DNA of 63,330 nucleotides, the filler included, from Folioceros fuciformis (Eukaryota), in NCBI GenBank assembly GCA_049999805.1. It is 5 parts of 5 records of this genome, joined end to end, with 100 filler letters (N's around TTAATTAATTAA, not from the genome) between each part and the next. Parts side by side here need not be neighbours in the genome. Positions count along the whole stretch, not along the records: positions 40,116 to 53,327 come from JBNGIO010001494.1; positions 53,428 to 63,330 come from JBNGIO010001495.1; 3 more parts are not named here. The stretch is one strand, 5' to 3'. A program made the translations under genes and the position numbers. Positions 48,701-61,829 of the stretch are shown piece by piece. The first letter of the stretch is position 1. Every line of letters begins with the position of its first letter. Under the pieces are notes generated by a model. It was given only the letters and a program-made list of their open reading frames with translations. It was not told the origin of the DNA and did no database searches.

Positions 48701-51700
48701 GGCAAAGCTTGGATGGCAGGACTGCACTTGATTCGTCTGACGTTCCTGGAATTCGAAAGGATAATTTTCTGCACAGCTTTGAGGAGCGGAAGTCATTTGA
48801 TCAAGCTGGGACTGCTCAAAATGCTGATAATGGTCACATATCTGTGCTGAAGCAGGATATGCCGCAGTTGAAGTCTACTGACCAAAGTGAGGATGAAGTT
48901 GAGGAGACGTAGATGCGTGGTCTCTTGTTTACCTTTAACACATAGAAATGATAGGTTGTCCGTCCTTGCACGCTGTCAGTGCGGCAGATGATTGAATCAC
49001 GTCACCTTCATCTCAACCTTGCAGCTGCCAGTGAGAGTGTGCTGATGGCTGAAAGGCCACCTCCTGAACTGCTGAAAGGTGGACCTGGAGCGGAGGATCT
49101 GCTGGTACCTGAGCCTCTTCCGGACTCTGTTCTGAAGGAGCTTGGTCCAGCTGTCGGCGTCATAGGCCAGCATCGTTTCGAGTGTTTATATAGCAAGCAG
49201 TGGCAGCTGCGAGATAGAACATTGCAGGAGCTGGAGAAGGACATGCTACGAAATAAATTAAAAGGGGATTCTCTCACAGCTTTCAGGTATTGTTGGCTTT
49301 CAGCAGTTCGAAACACGTGTGCAAAGCTTCCCATGAGAAATCACGATTATGCAAGATTGTGCGGGCCGTCAACTTTAGAGTGAGAAACTTGTTCCCTATC
49401 AGCTATCTTAGGCATGTATCTCAATCATTTGCAGGGCAGTAAACAAGGTGCTTTTGAGAGCACTTGGTGATAAGGTGTCCAATGTGTTTCATACCTCTCT
49501 CCAGGTCTGATGCCCCCATTCAAATTGCAACTTCCAGCTTATTCATGCATGAGAAACTTTGTATGAAGGAAAAGTAGAAAGCTTGACGATGACGACTTCT
49601 CTTGTTAAACGCTTAGCTCTCTACTTGCAGCTTCTGCGGTCACATGTGACAAAGTATGCAGAAGAGGTGCCCACCAGGGACCTTCAAGTGTGCGTGGCTG
49701 ACTTGGCTGCTATCTTGATTGAAAAGATGGGTGACTCTAATGCAAGGATTAAGGAGGATGCTAGCAAAACTGTGATGTTTATCACATCTAAGAAGGAGAT
49801 TGGGCTTCCTGTTATGGCTCCCCTTCTTCTGAAGCCAGCAAAATCTCTGGTAATAGTTCATTTGTGTTCGGTGTTGTGTGAACTTAGAGAGTATTTGATG
49901 TGGAAAGTATCATTGGAAGACGAGTGTTTCGTGTGCTAGTCTCCCCCATCTGTGACAGCAAAAGGCTCGTTGTCTTTGGGCTAATGCATTGATCTTTCCC
50001 AGGCTATATGGAAGCCAATATTGGGGCGACTGCAGCTGCTTCTATATGCAATACCAATGTTTGGATTACAACCTCAAAGTAGAATAGGATTCAATGCAGA
50101 TGCCCTGATGGCTTTTGTTGTGCAAGGATTCAGCAGCCCAAATGGGGATGTTAGAAATGCAGCTGTAAAGGTGACCACTGAGGTTTATAAGCTGATGGGG
50201 CCCCAGGTCGAAAAGTTTTTGAAGGGGATCAAGTCTGCCATCCGTGAGGTATTTGTGCCTGTATTGTCATCAGAACTGCAAAAGTGTCGTAGCTCCCTTC
50301 ACGAAACAGTCGTTCTCAAAATTCCTTCGTGCACTGGCTATTTACTTTTCCCATATATGCAGGTCTTGACAGCAAACTTCGAAAAGGTTGGGAACAATTC
50401 GGGTTCGAGAAATGGCTTATTACCAGGCCCTCAGCCAGAAGTTTCTCCGAGAGGAAAGCGGCCTAGCTTGAAGGCCTTGATCAAAGCAGATGGTTTTGCG
50501 CACTCAAAGCAAGCAAGAGACGGGGAGCATTTCATTGTTGCTGGTCACGGCAAAGTTCGGAACAGCCATGAAGACATGCAGGCGACAGCTAGTTTCAGCA
50601 GAATGCCGGAAGACATGACCAAATCCATGAGCAAAGTTCCTAGCCAGCTAACTAGTCAGGTATGCGAGCATACTCTTTGTACCTGAGATTTCATGTCCCT
50701 TTCTCATGAAATCCACATTTTTAAAATGCCCGCGAAGACTAACAGCATGTTTCTCGCTAGGATTCTTACGCTGAAATGATGCCGCTGTCTCATTCGATAA
50801 GCCCCTCAAAAGTGAGGGGAGCTAAACCTAGACCAGCCCAACAAAATGGGGTGGATGTGTTTCCGCAGGATGAGGTATCTCTTGCTTTGCTTTGTAACTT
50901 CTGCTGAAGTGGTCGAAAGTTGTAACTTCATATCTAGCAGCTTTGGCAAGTGCTTATGGTGAAACTTTGCAGGCTGCACTTGAAACCAGCCCCTCGAAAG
51001 GACGAGGGCAAACTGGACGTCAGAAGGGGATCGACATGGCCGAGTCTGGCTATCACCAGGCTCAGGTACTACGTACATGCTTGCTTGCATGTTTGCTTCA
51101 GTACAGGTCTCCAATAACTTGGAAGGTCTCTTGATGGAGGATTGGTGGAATGTTGATTTGCAGGTTTCTTACGGTGAAATAATGCAAGCTGGTCAGCAAA
51201 CAAGCCCAACGAAAGGGAGGGGGTCGAATGTACGGACTTCGCAGCAAAATGGGGTGGACCAGTCACAGTCTGGGTTCCAGCAGGCTCAGGTATGCAGGCT
51301 TTCTCTCGCCTGACCAGGTTCAAAGTTTACTCATTCATCACAGGCCAGAAAGTGCATAGTAGTGGTCAAATTCTACATTCCCCCTTAGAGCTTACAGGTT
51401 ACGAGTATAGAATATGCATCGTCTAGGAAAAGATGGGGCAGAATATAGTGCTGGATGATCCCCAGTCCAATACCTCCAAAGCATGGCTGCTGACAATCTA
51501 TTTCCAATATCAGTGGCGTCTTTGAATGGTGAACTTGCTGGGAACCGAACCTGGCTTGCACTATGGCAGGGTAATGCTCTATCCCAGGATGCCAGGGTGC
51601 AGAACACTCGGTAGGTGACTTTTTCAGCTTGATTGGAAAATCCTCTCCCCATCAGGTTAGGCCAAGGTGCACTTTCAGAGAGGAGCCACTTCCTGTCCAC

Positions 51701-52498
51701 CATTTGTTGTCTGGGAGAGGAATGTCCACTAGCGCTGGAAGACGTGGATGTGATTTGAATGTGAGCATTCACACTTCCAACTATCAACCAGCAGCCACCT
51801 AGTCCTTGAAACTAGTCGAGGCCCTAGCTCTTATCCTGTGTGAAATCTAGATAGGCCGACTGTGTTTGTGGAACATGCTTGTATACAGCCAGCCTGCGGC
51901 ACCGTCTTTTGTTCTCAACCAGCGTCCTGTTTCAGGCCGAGGAAACGGGGAGGGACGACGGCCAGGATTCGTGCTTGTTCTGCGGTATGCAAGATTCAAG
52001 GTTCGTGGACGGAGACATGCTAGACTTGCATTTCTGCCAGACGTGTCCGATGCTGACGAGCTGCACGAACTGTCGGCAAATCGTGGAGATAGCAACCTTG
52101 AAGGAGCATTTTCTGTACGAATGTACAGCAGGTAAAAGGTATGTTTTCGCCAGATCGATGTTGCCAGCCTCCGCCAGATCTCATTCTTCGCTGCATCGAT
52201 CTTCACAGTTTCTACTAGATGACATTCTTCTCTCCAGCGATCTCATTCTGTTCTGTATCCATCTTGTCTTTCAAACAGGTACCTAGAATGCCAGAGGTGC
52301 TTACAGGCGATCCCGGAAGCGCGCGTTGCGCTGCACATGAAAGGAAAAGAATGCCGTCGATCCAAGCACCCCAGGACAACGCGCTGTCCTCTGTGTCAAC
52401 ACACGGTTCAGCCAGGGGATGTAGGTTGGAGAGATCACCTCCTGAGGCCGCCAGGCTGTGCCAAAAATGTCAGAACTGCTCCGCAAGGGCCAGACTGA
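45714..52498 (+). CDS. CEP104: Centrosomal/ciliary-tip protein CEP104 homolog, many exons
   Basis: N-terminal GWQSAR/FCYYPQEL...HEFK/IPSKVEIY and ARELKSIHVD; two EEDYD.AK.LK repeats; TOG-like CLYSKQWQLRD and EKMGDSNARIKE; C-terminal Zn fingers CLFC...LDLHF...CPML..C..CRQIVEI..L.EH...EC and RCPLC...W..HL....C. Start 45714 or 45780. Confidence 0.9.
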
Positions 52499-52902
52499 TG
52501 ATACTGATCCCTTCGCTTCCCTATCCAACAGTTTCCTTGCAACGCGGTGTGCATACGGTATGATCCGATCGTACGCAGATGGGGAGATTACGATCCAGAT
52601 CCGCAGCGACAGGAAGTCCTTGGTCGCCATAATGGGCTTGACACGGCCTTGTCTTTTAATGAAAACGGGGTTGCGGAGCTTGTGGTTGTAGTTACAGGGG
52701 GGAAGAGAGCGGCTTCCGAGCGCCGCAGAAAATTGCGTTTTTCTGTGAGCGAGACGAGGGAAAGGCGAGCTTATTGCGTGCGCCAATGGCAGCTCAGATG
52801 GAGTGGCACGGCAGCTAGAAGGTGGGGGCTCCCGGGGCTCAGTTCTGGCTCTGTCACTGGCCCCAGTGCGATATAGTGGAGCTCCATGCGCAAGCCGCAG
52901 CT

Positions 52903-53327
52903 ATGGCTGCCTCCGCGTCTCCTGCTGTGTTGAATGCGCACGCTCTTGGCTGGGTTGCGGGCAATGGCGTGGTGGCGCGGCCAGCCCAGCCGGATTTCGT
53001 GCGCTGGAAGGTCCGGGGGAGCCTGCCGCGGCTGCGGCTGCGAATGGTGGCCCAGATGATCGCAACCGAGGAGACGCGGGCTCCGGAGCAGGATCGGGCT
53101 CGTAGTAATGGCGCGGCTAACGGGGCTGCGAATGCCGTGCAGGTGCGTGGCGAGGGGAACGGGGCAGCGACTCTGAACCGAAGTGGGAGAGGATATGGGA
53201 ACGGGGCCGCCAACGGGGTGGTGGTGGAGGCTGAGGTGCTGAATGCGGCGGAGGGGAACAAGGTTGAGGCCATCGGGCAGGAGGATCCATGGTTCAAGAA
53301 GGCTGGGAGCGGAGCCAGGGTGTCGGT
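52903..53327 (+). CDS. ABC1K8: N-terminus of a chloroplast ABC1-like atypical kinase (ABC1K8/OSA1-like), truncated by contig end
   Basis: Transit-peptide-like start, NG-rich linker, then KVEAIGQEDPWFKK...VS, which resembles the segment preceding the ABC1K8 conserved region. Kinase domain not in the window. Confidence 0.65.
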
Positions 53328-53427
53328 NNNNNNNNNNNNNNNNNNNNNNNNNNNNNNNNNNNNNNNNNNNNTTAATTAATTAANNNNNNNNNNNNNNNNN
53401 NNNNNNNNNNNNNNNNNNNNNNNNNNN
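53328..53427. other. Artificial contig linker
   Basis: N44-TTAATTAATTAA-N44. Confidence 0.97.
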
Positions 53428-53494
53428 ACTAGGGCACCTAAGACTATTAATTAATTTAGTTCTTAGGGCTTTAGGTAGTTTATTGAGTAGTTAG

Positions 53495-53640
53495 TTATTA
53501 CAACCACTTAGAGGTTAGAACTACTTATGGTTATAATCACTTAGAGGTTAGAACTACTTATGGTTATAACCACTTAGAGGTTAGAACTACTTATGGTTAC
53601 AACCACCTTATGGTTGTAACCACTTAGCCTATATAAAGGC
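53495..53640 (+). repeat. LTR-like segment with three ~33-bp tandem repeats followed by a TATA box
   Basis: AACCACTTAGAGGTTAGAACTACTTATGGTTAT x3, then CCTATATAAAGG. Confidence 0.7.
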
Positions 53641-53759
53641 TTTGTACTTTCTATTATAATCAATGCATACAACTCTTTTTGTGCAAAGCTTTCTACTATC
53701 TGCTTGCTATATTTTGCTACCTAGAGCAGCTATGATTCTCATCAGCTACAGCAGCACTC

Positions 53760-55189
53760 GCTGCCCTCAAGGAAACACCTTGTCCGGACACGAATGTGTG
53801 ATAGTTGGGAGGGAGACTCATGAAAAGTTGTGCAATGGCATCAAACTCTGACATGGTTGAGCCAAGTGATTTAAATTGGGCACGCAGGTGCCAAAATCTA
53901 CTAACAAACACAGGGGCTCATTCTCCTTCCTTCATGCGCAAGCCAAAAAATTCACTCCTCACTGCACACAAGGTAAGGATGTTCTTCACTGCATAGGTTT
54001 GGAAAAGTTGATCCTAGATTTCTTTGGCATCAGTCAGGTATTTCACATCCGGGATTAGAATCTTGTCAAGGCCGCTGATGATAAGTGCTCTAGCGACATT
54101 GTTATGATTATTCCATTTGAGTTGAATAGCAGTTGGCTTAGGAGCAGGTGCGCCGGGCACTACAGGCACTACAGAAGGAGTAGGGTTGGGGTAAGAGCCA
54201 TCCACTACAGGCCAGACGTTTTGTGCCTTGAGGCTTGACCTCATCCGAACCCTCCAAACCTCAAATTTTGAGCCATTGAATCTGTCATGTTCTTTAAACT
54301 CAGATATGTAAGTTGGCTGTGGAATTGTGCCAGGAGGAGGGGGTGGTGGAGGAAGCGTTACCATACTAGCTGTGCGGGGAGCAGAAGGTCGGTGTAGAAG
54401 AAATTATGAAGAAGAAATGGTGAGATACCAGTGCAAGCAAGCACGGGAGGGACTTAGGGGACCTACTCCTAGGTGGCAGCCAAGAACGTGTCTCCTAGAA
54501 ACAAGGCGCCGTTCCCAAGCTGACGTTTGGATTCCAGGGTGAAGTTCCGGATCCAGCTCCTTGGAGAGACGCGATCTAAAGCGCCATCATCCGCAGAGCG
54601 CACCCCTTGCATTTGTGCATGGGGGACGGCGATGGCGGTGATGATGCCTTTCAGAATCCCGAGCAAAAGCTCGATGATCCAAGCTGTGATCCTCGGAAAG
54701 TGACCTCAAGCGACAACAGCATCATTCGCTCTATCATTGAGGCAAGTTTCCTTTGTTGAATTGCAAGATTATTGATTCTCGTCTCCAAACTTCCCAGATC
54801 CTTAACTCTCAATAGTGCACAATCTCGGATTCTTATGGGCTGCAAATCTCGTTGTACGTTCAATTGCTTGCACTACGATTCTGAGCAACAATAGGTAGGG
54901 ATGGTCCTTTCAAGATTTGCACCTTGGTCAGTTGGAAATGAATTTGTGGGCCAATCCCGGCCGGATGTATGTTTTGTAGCAAAAACGAGATTTGCAGATG
55001 CACTCCTATTTGCCATTGGCTGCCGATAAAAGCAAGCAGCGTTCCTCTTGGTTTCCCCGGCAAATTGCTGGCCTGGGAAAGAAGGACTCCAAGAATGCTG
55101 CTTACGTCTCGGCATGGTTGCTCACTCAAGTAAGGCTCTGGATTTGACATGAGGCAGGCAGTGGAAGTGAGGTACCTGCTCTGATACCA
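53760..55189 (-). mobile_element. Truncated Ty1/Copia element: tRNA-iMet PBS, leader and disrupted gag
   Basis: Minus-strand TGGTATCAGAGC at 55189-55178; gag FNGSKFEVWRVRMRSSLKAQNVWPVVDG, then a UBN2-like LFMSLPPNYHTFV segment with in-frame stops. Confidence 0.85.
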
Positions 55190-55703
55190 TCTTATGGTTT
55201 AGAGCTAAGGACATGCCTCACATTGAGTGCAAACAAACATGAGGGCAGGGACATGCGAGAGCACACAAGCGGCTTCGAAAGAAAATTGATGTTGAGGTTT
55301 AGGAAACATTATGAACAAAATTGTCTGTGTGTGTGTGACGGTTCATCCAACGAACACCTAACTACGCTAGGTTAACAATCTCCTAACACCCCTCACGGCA
55401 TTCTAAGGTGCGAATGCAGACCCGTGAAAAGAATCGAACAAGTAGCCATAAATCCAGGACAAAGCAAATTTCCTACCTTCGACAACCGCGTGCTGAGGAA
55501 GCTCTACCAAGGTGAAAAACAAGACGACAACTTGAAAACAAGGTGCATGTCGAGACTCGCTTGCTGCGTACCCTTCTCGGCATCATCTTGAGAGACATGA
55601 GGGACCTCCTCTAGGCGTGTGAGGCTCCATCCAATCTTGACCCAAGCCATCGCTCCCATCAGCGTTGAAGCCCCGTGAAGAAAAAACGAAAAAAACCCTA
55701 ACC

Positions 55704-58700
55704 ATGTCCTTATTCGGAGAAGCCAGCGGAGGCGCTGCCGGCGATGCAGGCGCCGCTACTGCCGGTGCAGGTGCTGCTGCAAACCCTGCTAACCAACACT
55801 TCGCTAACCTCTAGATTGAAATCAAAGAAAAGGGTAGGTTTACGGGAGTAGACTACGACGTCTGGGCTACTTGGATACAGGGACATCTTGAAGATGCCGA
55901 CCTCTAGACAATAGTCGATGGGTCGGTGCCCTGCCCAGCAAATGGAACCCTGGACTACGACTAGTGGATGAAATCGGACAGAAGAGCCCGCAACCTCCTC
56001 ATCACTGGCCTCGACAAAGATATGGTTCACCACACCTTCAGTACCTCAACCGCACAAATTATATGGGAATGGTTTACTTAGATGTTCAAGCCATCGATGC
56101 CCAACACTTTGCCACTACAACACGAAATTTCCACAACCTTAGATATAAGGACGGGGAAAGCATCCAGGCACACCTCAGCACCTTCCGCACATTGAGAGCA
56201 AGACTGGCCTCCTGCGGAACTACCCTGACAGAGGATTAGACAGCTATAGCCCTCCTAATGACCCTAGCGCCAAGCTAGAGGACATTTGTTGCAACCCAGA
56301 ATGGCCTCATGAAGTAGTCGGCACACGCTAAGAAGCTAGAAGAACTCATGACTCTCTCGGAGGTCATCGCTGCAATTATTGAGGAGGACTCTCCTAGGGG
56401 TCTATCCAAGAGTGCAACCCCAGCACAAGCCCTCTTCACCTCACGTTCTAACAGACTCGAAACATGAATTGGCAAAGCAAGAGGAGAGGGGAAGGCTCTT
56501 CCCAAGGATCAGGCCCTGCTAACCCTCGTCGTAAGGGGAACTGCATCTGGTGTAGGAAACTAGGGCACTATGAATGAGAGTGCCGCATCAAGCAAGGTGG
56601 TGAACCAAGGAAACTAGGTTTTCCAAGTGCTCAACTTACACAGCACAGACCTCCAACAATTCTGATTACCACGCTGACCATCACCACTGGAAGTTGCTCC
56701 TCCTAGTACTTGGATAGCGGTGCATCAGCTCATGCCTGTAAAGACCATAATTGTTTCAGCACCTATCGTACCTACATGGAGGAGGATCGATTTATGCGGT
56801 TGACAACAGGTTTGTAGAAGTGATTGGCACTGGCACAATTACTTTATAGTGCAGCATTGGAGGCACAATATTACTTTCAGACGTGCTCCATGTGCCCATG
56901 GTCAGCAAGAACCTAGTGTGTGTGAGCACTCTAACGGATGACAAGCTATACGAGGTTCACTTCAAGGCTCAGAAATGCGAGATTTGTCCACATGATAACC
57001 CCGTTGATGTTACATGCCACAAATTAAAGGAAGATAGGCTCTACCTCTTAGCAGCCTCCTCTCTTCTAGGAACAACTCATTTAGCTCGGACCTCAACAAA
57101 GGCAAAGATAACCAAGCTTTGGCACCTACGTTTAGGCCACTCCAGCTTGAGGCATATGAAGGAAATGAAAGCCAGCGAGCTTTATGCTGAACCCCTTCCG
57201 GAATTCAGTGACTCTCTATTTTGTGAAGGCTGTCTGCTAGGAAAAAGTAAGGAAGCGTCATATCCATGTGCTTCCTCTTCCCGTGCCATTGAGCTACTTG
57301 AGTTGGTGCACATTGATCTTAGCGGGCCCATGTCCACACATTCGTTTGGAGGCGCCTCCTACTTTATGCCTGTCATTGATGACAAGTCCGTATGATCCAT
57401 ACCTACTTTCTTCGGCTGAAGAGTGAAGCCTTTACTAAGTTCAAGGAGTTCCACACTATGGCTGAACTTCAGACTGGCCACAAGCTCAAGAGTGTCCGCT
57501 CGAATGGAGGAGGCGAATTCCTCTCCTGGGAATTTAACTCCTACCTTATAGAATGAGGCATCATTCGACAAGTCACTGTCCCTTACGCCCATGCGCAAAA
57601 TGGTGTGGCCAAAAACTACAACCGAAGGCTTCAGGAGATGGCCAGGGCCATGCTCTCACATGCTTCTATGTTACGCGGTTACCGGGCTGAGGCCGTCTCT
57701 ATTGCAACACACTTGTTAAACCGACTACCTACCTCTGCTCTCTCGACACACACCCCCTTTGAGGCTTAGACTGGCCACAGGCCCTCTCTCTCCCATCTTT
57801 GGATCTTTGGGGCTGATGCTTATACATGGATTCCCAAGGAGAAACGCCATCAGCCACATGACCCCAAGGCTTGAAAATTTGATGCCCGAGCACCGAAGGT
57901 AATATTCGTCGGATACATTGATGGTGTGAAAGGATATAAGCTTGTTCACCCAACCTCACACGAAATCACAATATCTCGGAGCGTCTATGTTCGCGAGCAC
58001 CTTGATGGCCCAAGAAATAGCGGGAGCATAATTGGCTCCTATCTTGACCTTGACGACCCTGCTCACAATGAGGAGGAGAATATGGTTGAAATTGAGCTCT
58101 CTGAAATTCAGCCTCCGCCGGTGCACCAAGCTGCCCAAGTTCCTCAGGTTGTGCAACCACCAGTGCACCAACTTGCCGCTCAAATTGGCCCATTTCTCCC
58201 TTTGGTTGTCGATGCAGGCCAAGCTACTACTGCACCCAGAGTAATCAACCCTGCTCCTGCTAGCGTAAATCCACTAGTCGCCATACCTGAGAGGCGCCAA
58301 TCTACAAGGGCTCCCTGTCGTCCTGCCTACCTTGACGATTACCACGTACCCGGTCCTGCTCCACCGCAACCTGCTCAGTAGATACGGCTCCAATTGCTCC
58401 TGAAATGGAAAATCCGCTTGCAGAGACAGATACTGAGACTAACACTACTCCTGCCAACCTCATGGCAAGGGTGATGCTGGCTGCAACTCACGTTCTAGAA
58501 CCAACAACTCTTGAAGAAGCACTCGCATCACCTGACAAGGAAAGATGGATGAAGGCAGTTTAGCAAGAATATGACTCTCTGATTCAATTGCAGACATGGG
58601 TGCTCACCCCACTCCCTCCCGGTCGCAAGGCAATTAAATGCAAGTAGACATTCAAATGTAAGTTGAAGTCCAATGGAACCACAGAAAGACTTAAAGCAAG

Positions 58701-60117
58701 ACTCCTGGTCAAGGGCTACAGCCAAAGGCCTGGCCATGACTACGGAGATAACATCTATGCACCTATGGTGATTGCCCATTCAATTAGGTTCCTCCTAGCA
58801 ATTGCAGCTGAGTACGACCTTGACGTGCATAAGCTCGACATTTCAACAGCCTTTCTTTATGCCACACTAAAGAAGGAAATTTACATGGAGTAGCCACTGA
58901 TGTATCTGGATCCCAAGAGGCCTACTTGGGTCTGCAAGCTGCTCAAGGGCCTATATGGGCTGAATTTTATGTGCTGATTGATGGCCACCTCATCCAATTT
59001 GGCTTTGTCAAGACCCTAACAGACCAAAACTTATACTTGCTGCGAAGGGGAGACAAATTTCTGGCACTGGCCCTGTATGTTAATGATTGCATTATGTTTA
59101 CCAATGACCTAGGAAAGCTGCTTGTTGACATAAAGGAGATGCTTGCTATTAAGTTCAAAATGAGAGATCTTGGACCCCTGGAATTCTGCCTCGGCGTGCA
59201 GATTCGATGGGATAGACAAGCATGCACCTTTACACTCCTTTAGTCCAAGTATGTGCTTGAAATTTTGGACAAATTCTAGCTAGCAGATGCTCGTCCCGCC
59301 TTGACTCCGCTTCCATTGGAGTGAAGCTCAAAGCTGATGACTGCCCTACTACCAAAGTTGAAAAAGAGGAAATGGCCAAGGTGCCATACTTGAGTGCTGT
59401 TGGTAGCCTCATCTACCTTTACAGTTAGACACGCAATGACATCTCCTATGCTGCCTCCGCCATTGCACAATTTATGTCTAACCCTGGCAGGGCACATAGG
59501 ATATGCGTAAATAGAATCTACCGGTACCTAAAAGGCACCACTCACTCTGCAATCACTTACAAGAGATTCACCAATGGCAAGCTCAACTTTGAGGGATCGG
59601 CAAATGCGAACTGGGCATTCGACCCTGATGCCCGACGAGGCGTTGCAGCTTATGTTTTCACCCTTGATGGCTCAGCAATCTTATGGTCAAGCAAAAAGCT
59701 TGCTACCATCTCATTGTCCAGTGCAGAGAGCAAGTATGGAGCATTGTCAAAGGCAGGTTGAGAGGTCATTCATTGTAGACAGATCTTGAAGGATCTCGGC
59801 CATGAGCAGTCTGACCCCACCATTCTATGCTGCGACAACACAACTGCTATATCCTTGACAGAGGGCGACAGGTTCCTTGACAGAGGGCGACAGGTTCCAT
59901 GCCAGAACCAAGCACATAGGAGTAGCCTACCATTTTATCAGGTAGTTGGTAGCTAAGAGCGTTGTAAAAATGGTCTACGTCCCCATAGAGTCCAACCTGA
60001 CAGACTTGCTCACAAAGTCCTTACCTAGGATTCGTCATGACTCACTTACAGTATCCCTAGGACTAGTGGACATAGCAAGCAAGGACCATTCATGAGATGG
60101 CTGGAGCTAAGCGGGAG
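55704..60117 (+). mobile_element. Decayed Ty1/Copia internal region (gag-PR-INT-RT-RNaseH), PPT at ~60104-60117, probable 3' LTR starting TG at 60118
   Basis: Zn knuckle CIWCRKLGH..EC (~56540), YLDSGAS (~56710), LWHLRLGH/CEGC, LELVHIDLSGP, KARLLVKGYSQ, LYVND, ANANWA, RTKHI, DLLTK, in Copia domain order. Many stops and frameshifts. Confidence 0.93.
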
Positions 60118-61829
60118 TGTTGAAGACCCAGCTAACACTTGCCTGAACCGTCGCACCTCCTCCATGATCACTTGCACCCACACACATTTGACCACAGGAG
60201 CCTAAATGTAATTTGTAAGAAATCTGCAATAAGAGAAAAATAGTCATACCTACTGTGTACTTCCTTATATGCCTCTTAGAGGAGGGGGAGATTATGAGGG
60301 GAGGGGTGCAGCCCGAAGAGGATTCTTGTAGGGTTTAGAGGAGGCCTCTTGTGGCATCTTGGAAAGGGAAAGATGTAGCCCCATAGTCTTTAGGAGTAGA
60401 GGTGAATGGTATCTTGGAAACCCATGGCCCAGAACCCTAAAAAATGTAATGCGATTGTATCATGTAGCCCCATATAGAATACCCATATGAACATGCAGCA
60501 CACTCTCATCTTTTTTTTCTCTAATATGTTCTTTGTACAAGAATATGCTTGAGAATATTCTTGTAGTCTACATCGGCCACATCACTAGGCCCACCTATGT
60601 AGTGTACACGAACGTTTTTATTCCCATTGTATGGCGATTGTGAACCGATGTGAACACAACCCTTTGTTTTTTAAGGTTCCTGTAACATAATGTGATCTTT
60701 AAAGCATGGCAAGTACATACATCGCAAGTGGGTGACCAAGGAGGAGGAGGCGGTCATGCATAATTTGCTCTTTGCTCCTTCCCTCCGGCCTGCAACCTAT
60801 GAAGTTGCCAATCCTTAGGAGCTGATTTGGTCTCTACGCCGTGTTGAGACAATGGGTTGCACCTTTGGTCACCAAGCCTTGGGCACTTGGGGGCACTTGT
60901 TTCATCACCTCTTTCAAGCCGTTGACATTAGATCAATATGTACAAAGGAGTCCAATCTTCTGAGGTCATTGCCGTTGAATGTTTCCATTTCTTGTGGAGG
61001 AGAGTCCATTGCAACATTGCTTGCACTAGATGCCGCAAGGTTCTTGAGAACTCCATCGTGTACTAGAGGTTTTGTTCGTGGGCATATTTATTTCCCTAAG
61101 TATTGGAGGTTGATTGAGGGGATATCACAATAATCATGTCTATCGCTAACATTGTTCATGTGCCTGTAGTGGCTTGCACAAATAGGCTTCTTGCAACTAT
61201 TGTATGTACATTGAACTTTTAATTGATAATAGAGCTCCAGTGCCCCTCTAATGTGCTTCGACAAATCCCCTCTAGTGTGCTTCGACAAATCCTCTAGTGT
61301 GCTTAGACAAATTCTGCTACCTCTCCATCATCACCACTTACACTGCATGCACAAAGTCTCATGATCATGTCCAATACATTTATTTTTATATCTGGCTTTG
61401 GTAAAATGGTGAATGGGTCAAAAAGTTTTTAGTTTGCTTGACAGCAGGATGTTAATTGCCCACATCGTTCAGCCTGATGGTGCTGTATTGACTCATCTTT
61501 CTAGCAGCATGCAGTCACTGGTAGCTGGGATGGATGACGTAGTGGTGGGCAATGCCTGGAGGACAAGGGTGCATGATGCGGTGAATTGGAAGATGCACGC
61601 CAGGTTTCGGACACTGCAACACAAAGAATATGTGACTCCCTGATCGCCGGACGTGTACGGCAAGGGCTTAGGACATAACTGAGGCACAAGAATGTGGTGT
61701 TCTGGAGAAGCAACACCGACTTGGTTCATCCACCGGTCCCTCCAACTTCCAAGTTCGTGAACTGTAGAGACCGCAGAGGTCCTTACAAGTGTACATGTCG
61801 GAAGACGAGAAGGTAGTCCAAGAGAAACT

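Noticed and set aside
60850-61290. Cys/His cluster (CTYNSCKKPICASH) reminiscent of a DNA transposase C-terminus
   Set aside because: A single short motif in degraded sequence with no catalytic domain visible.
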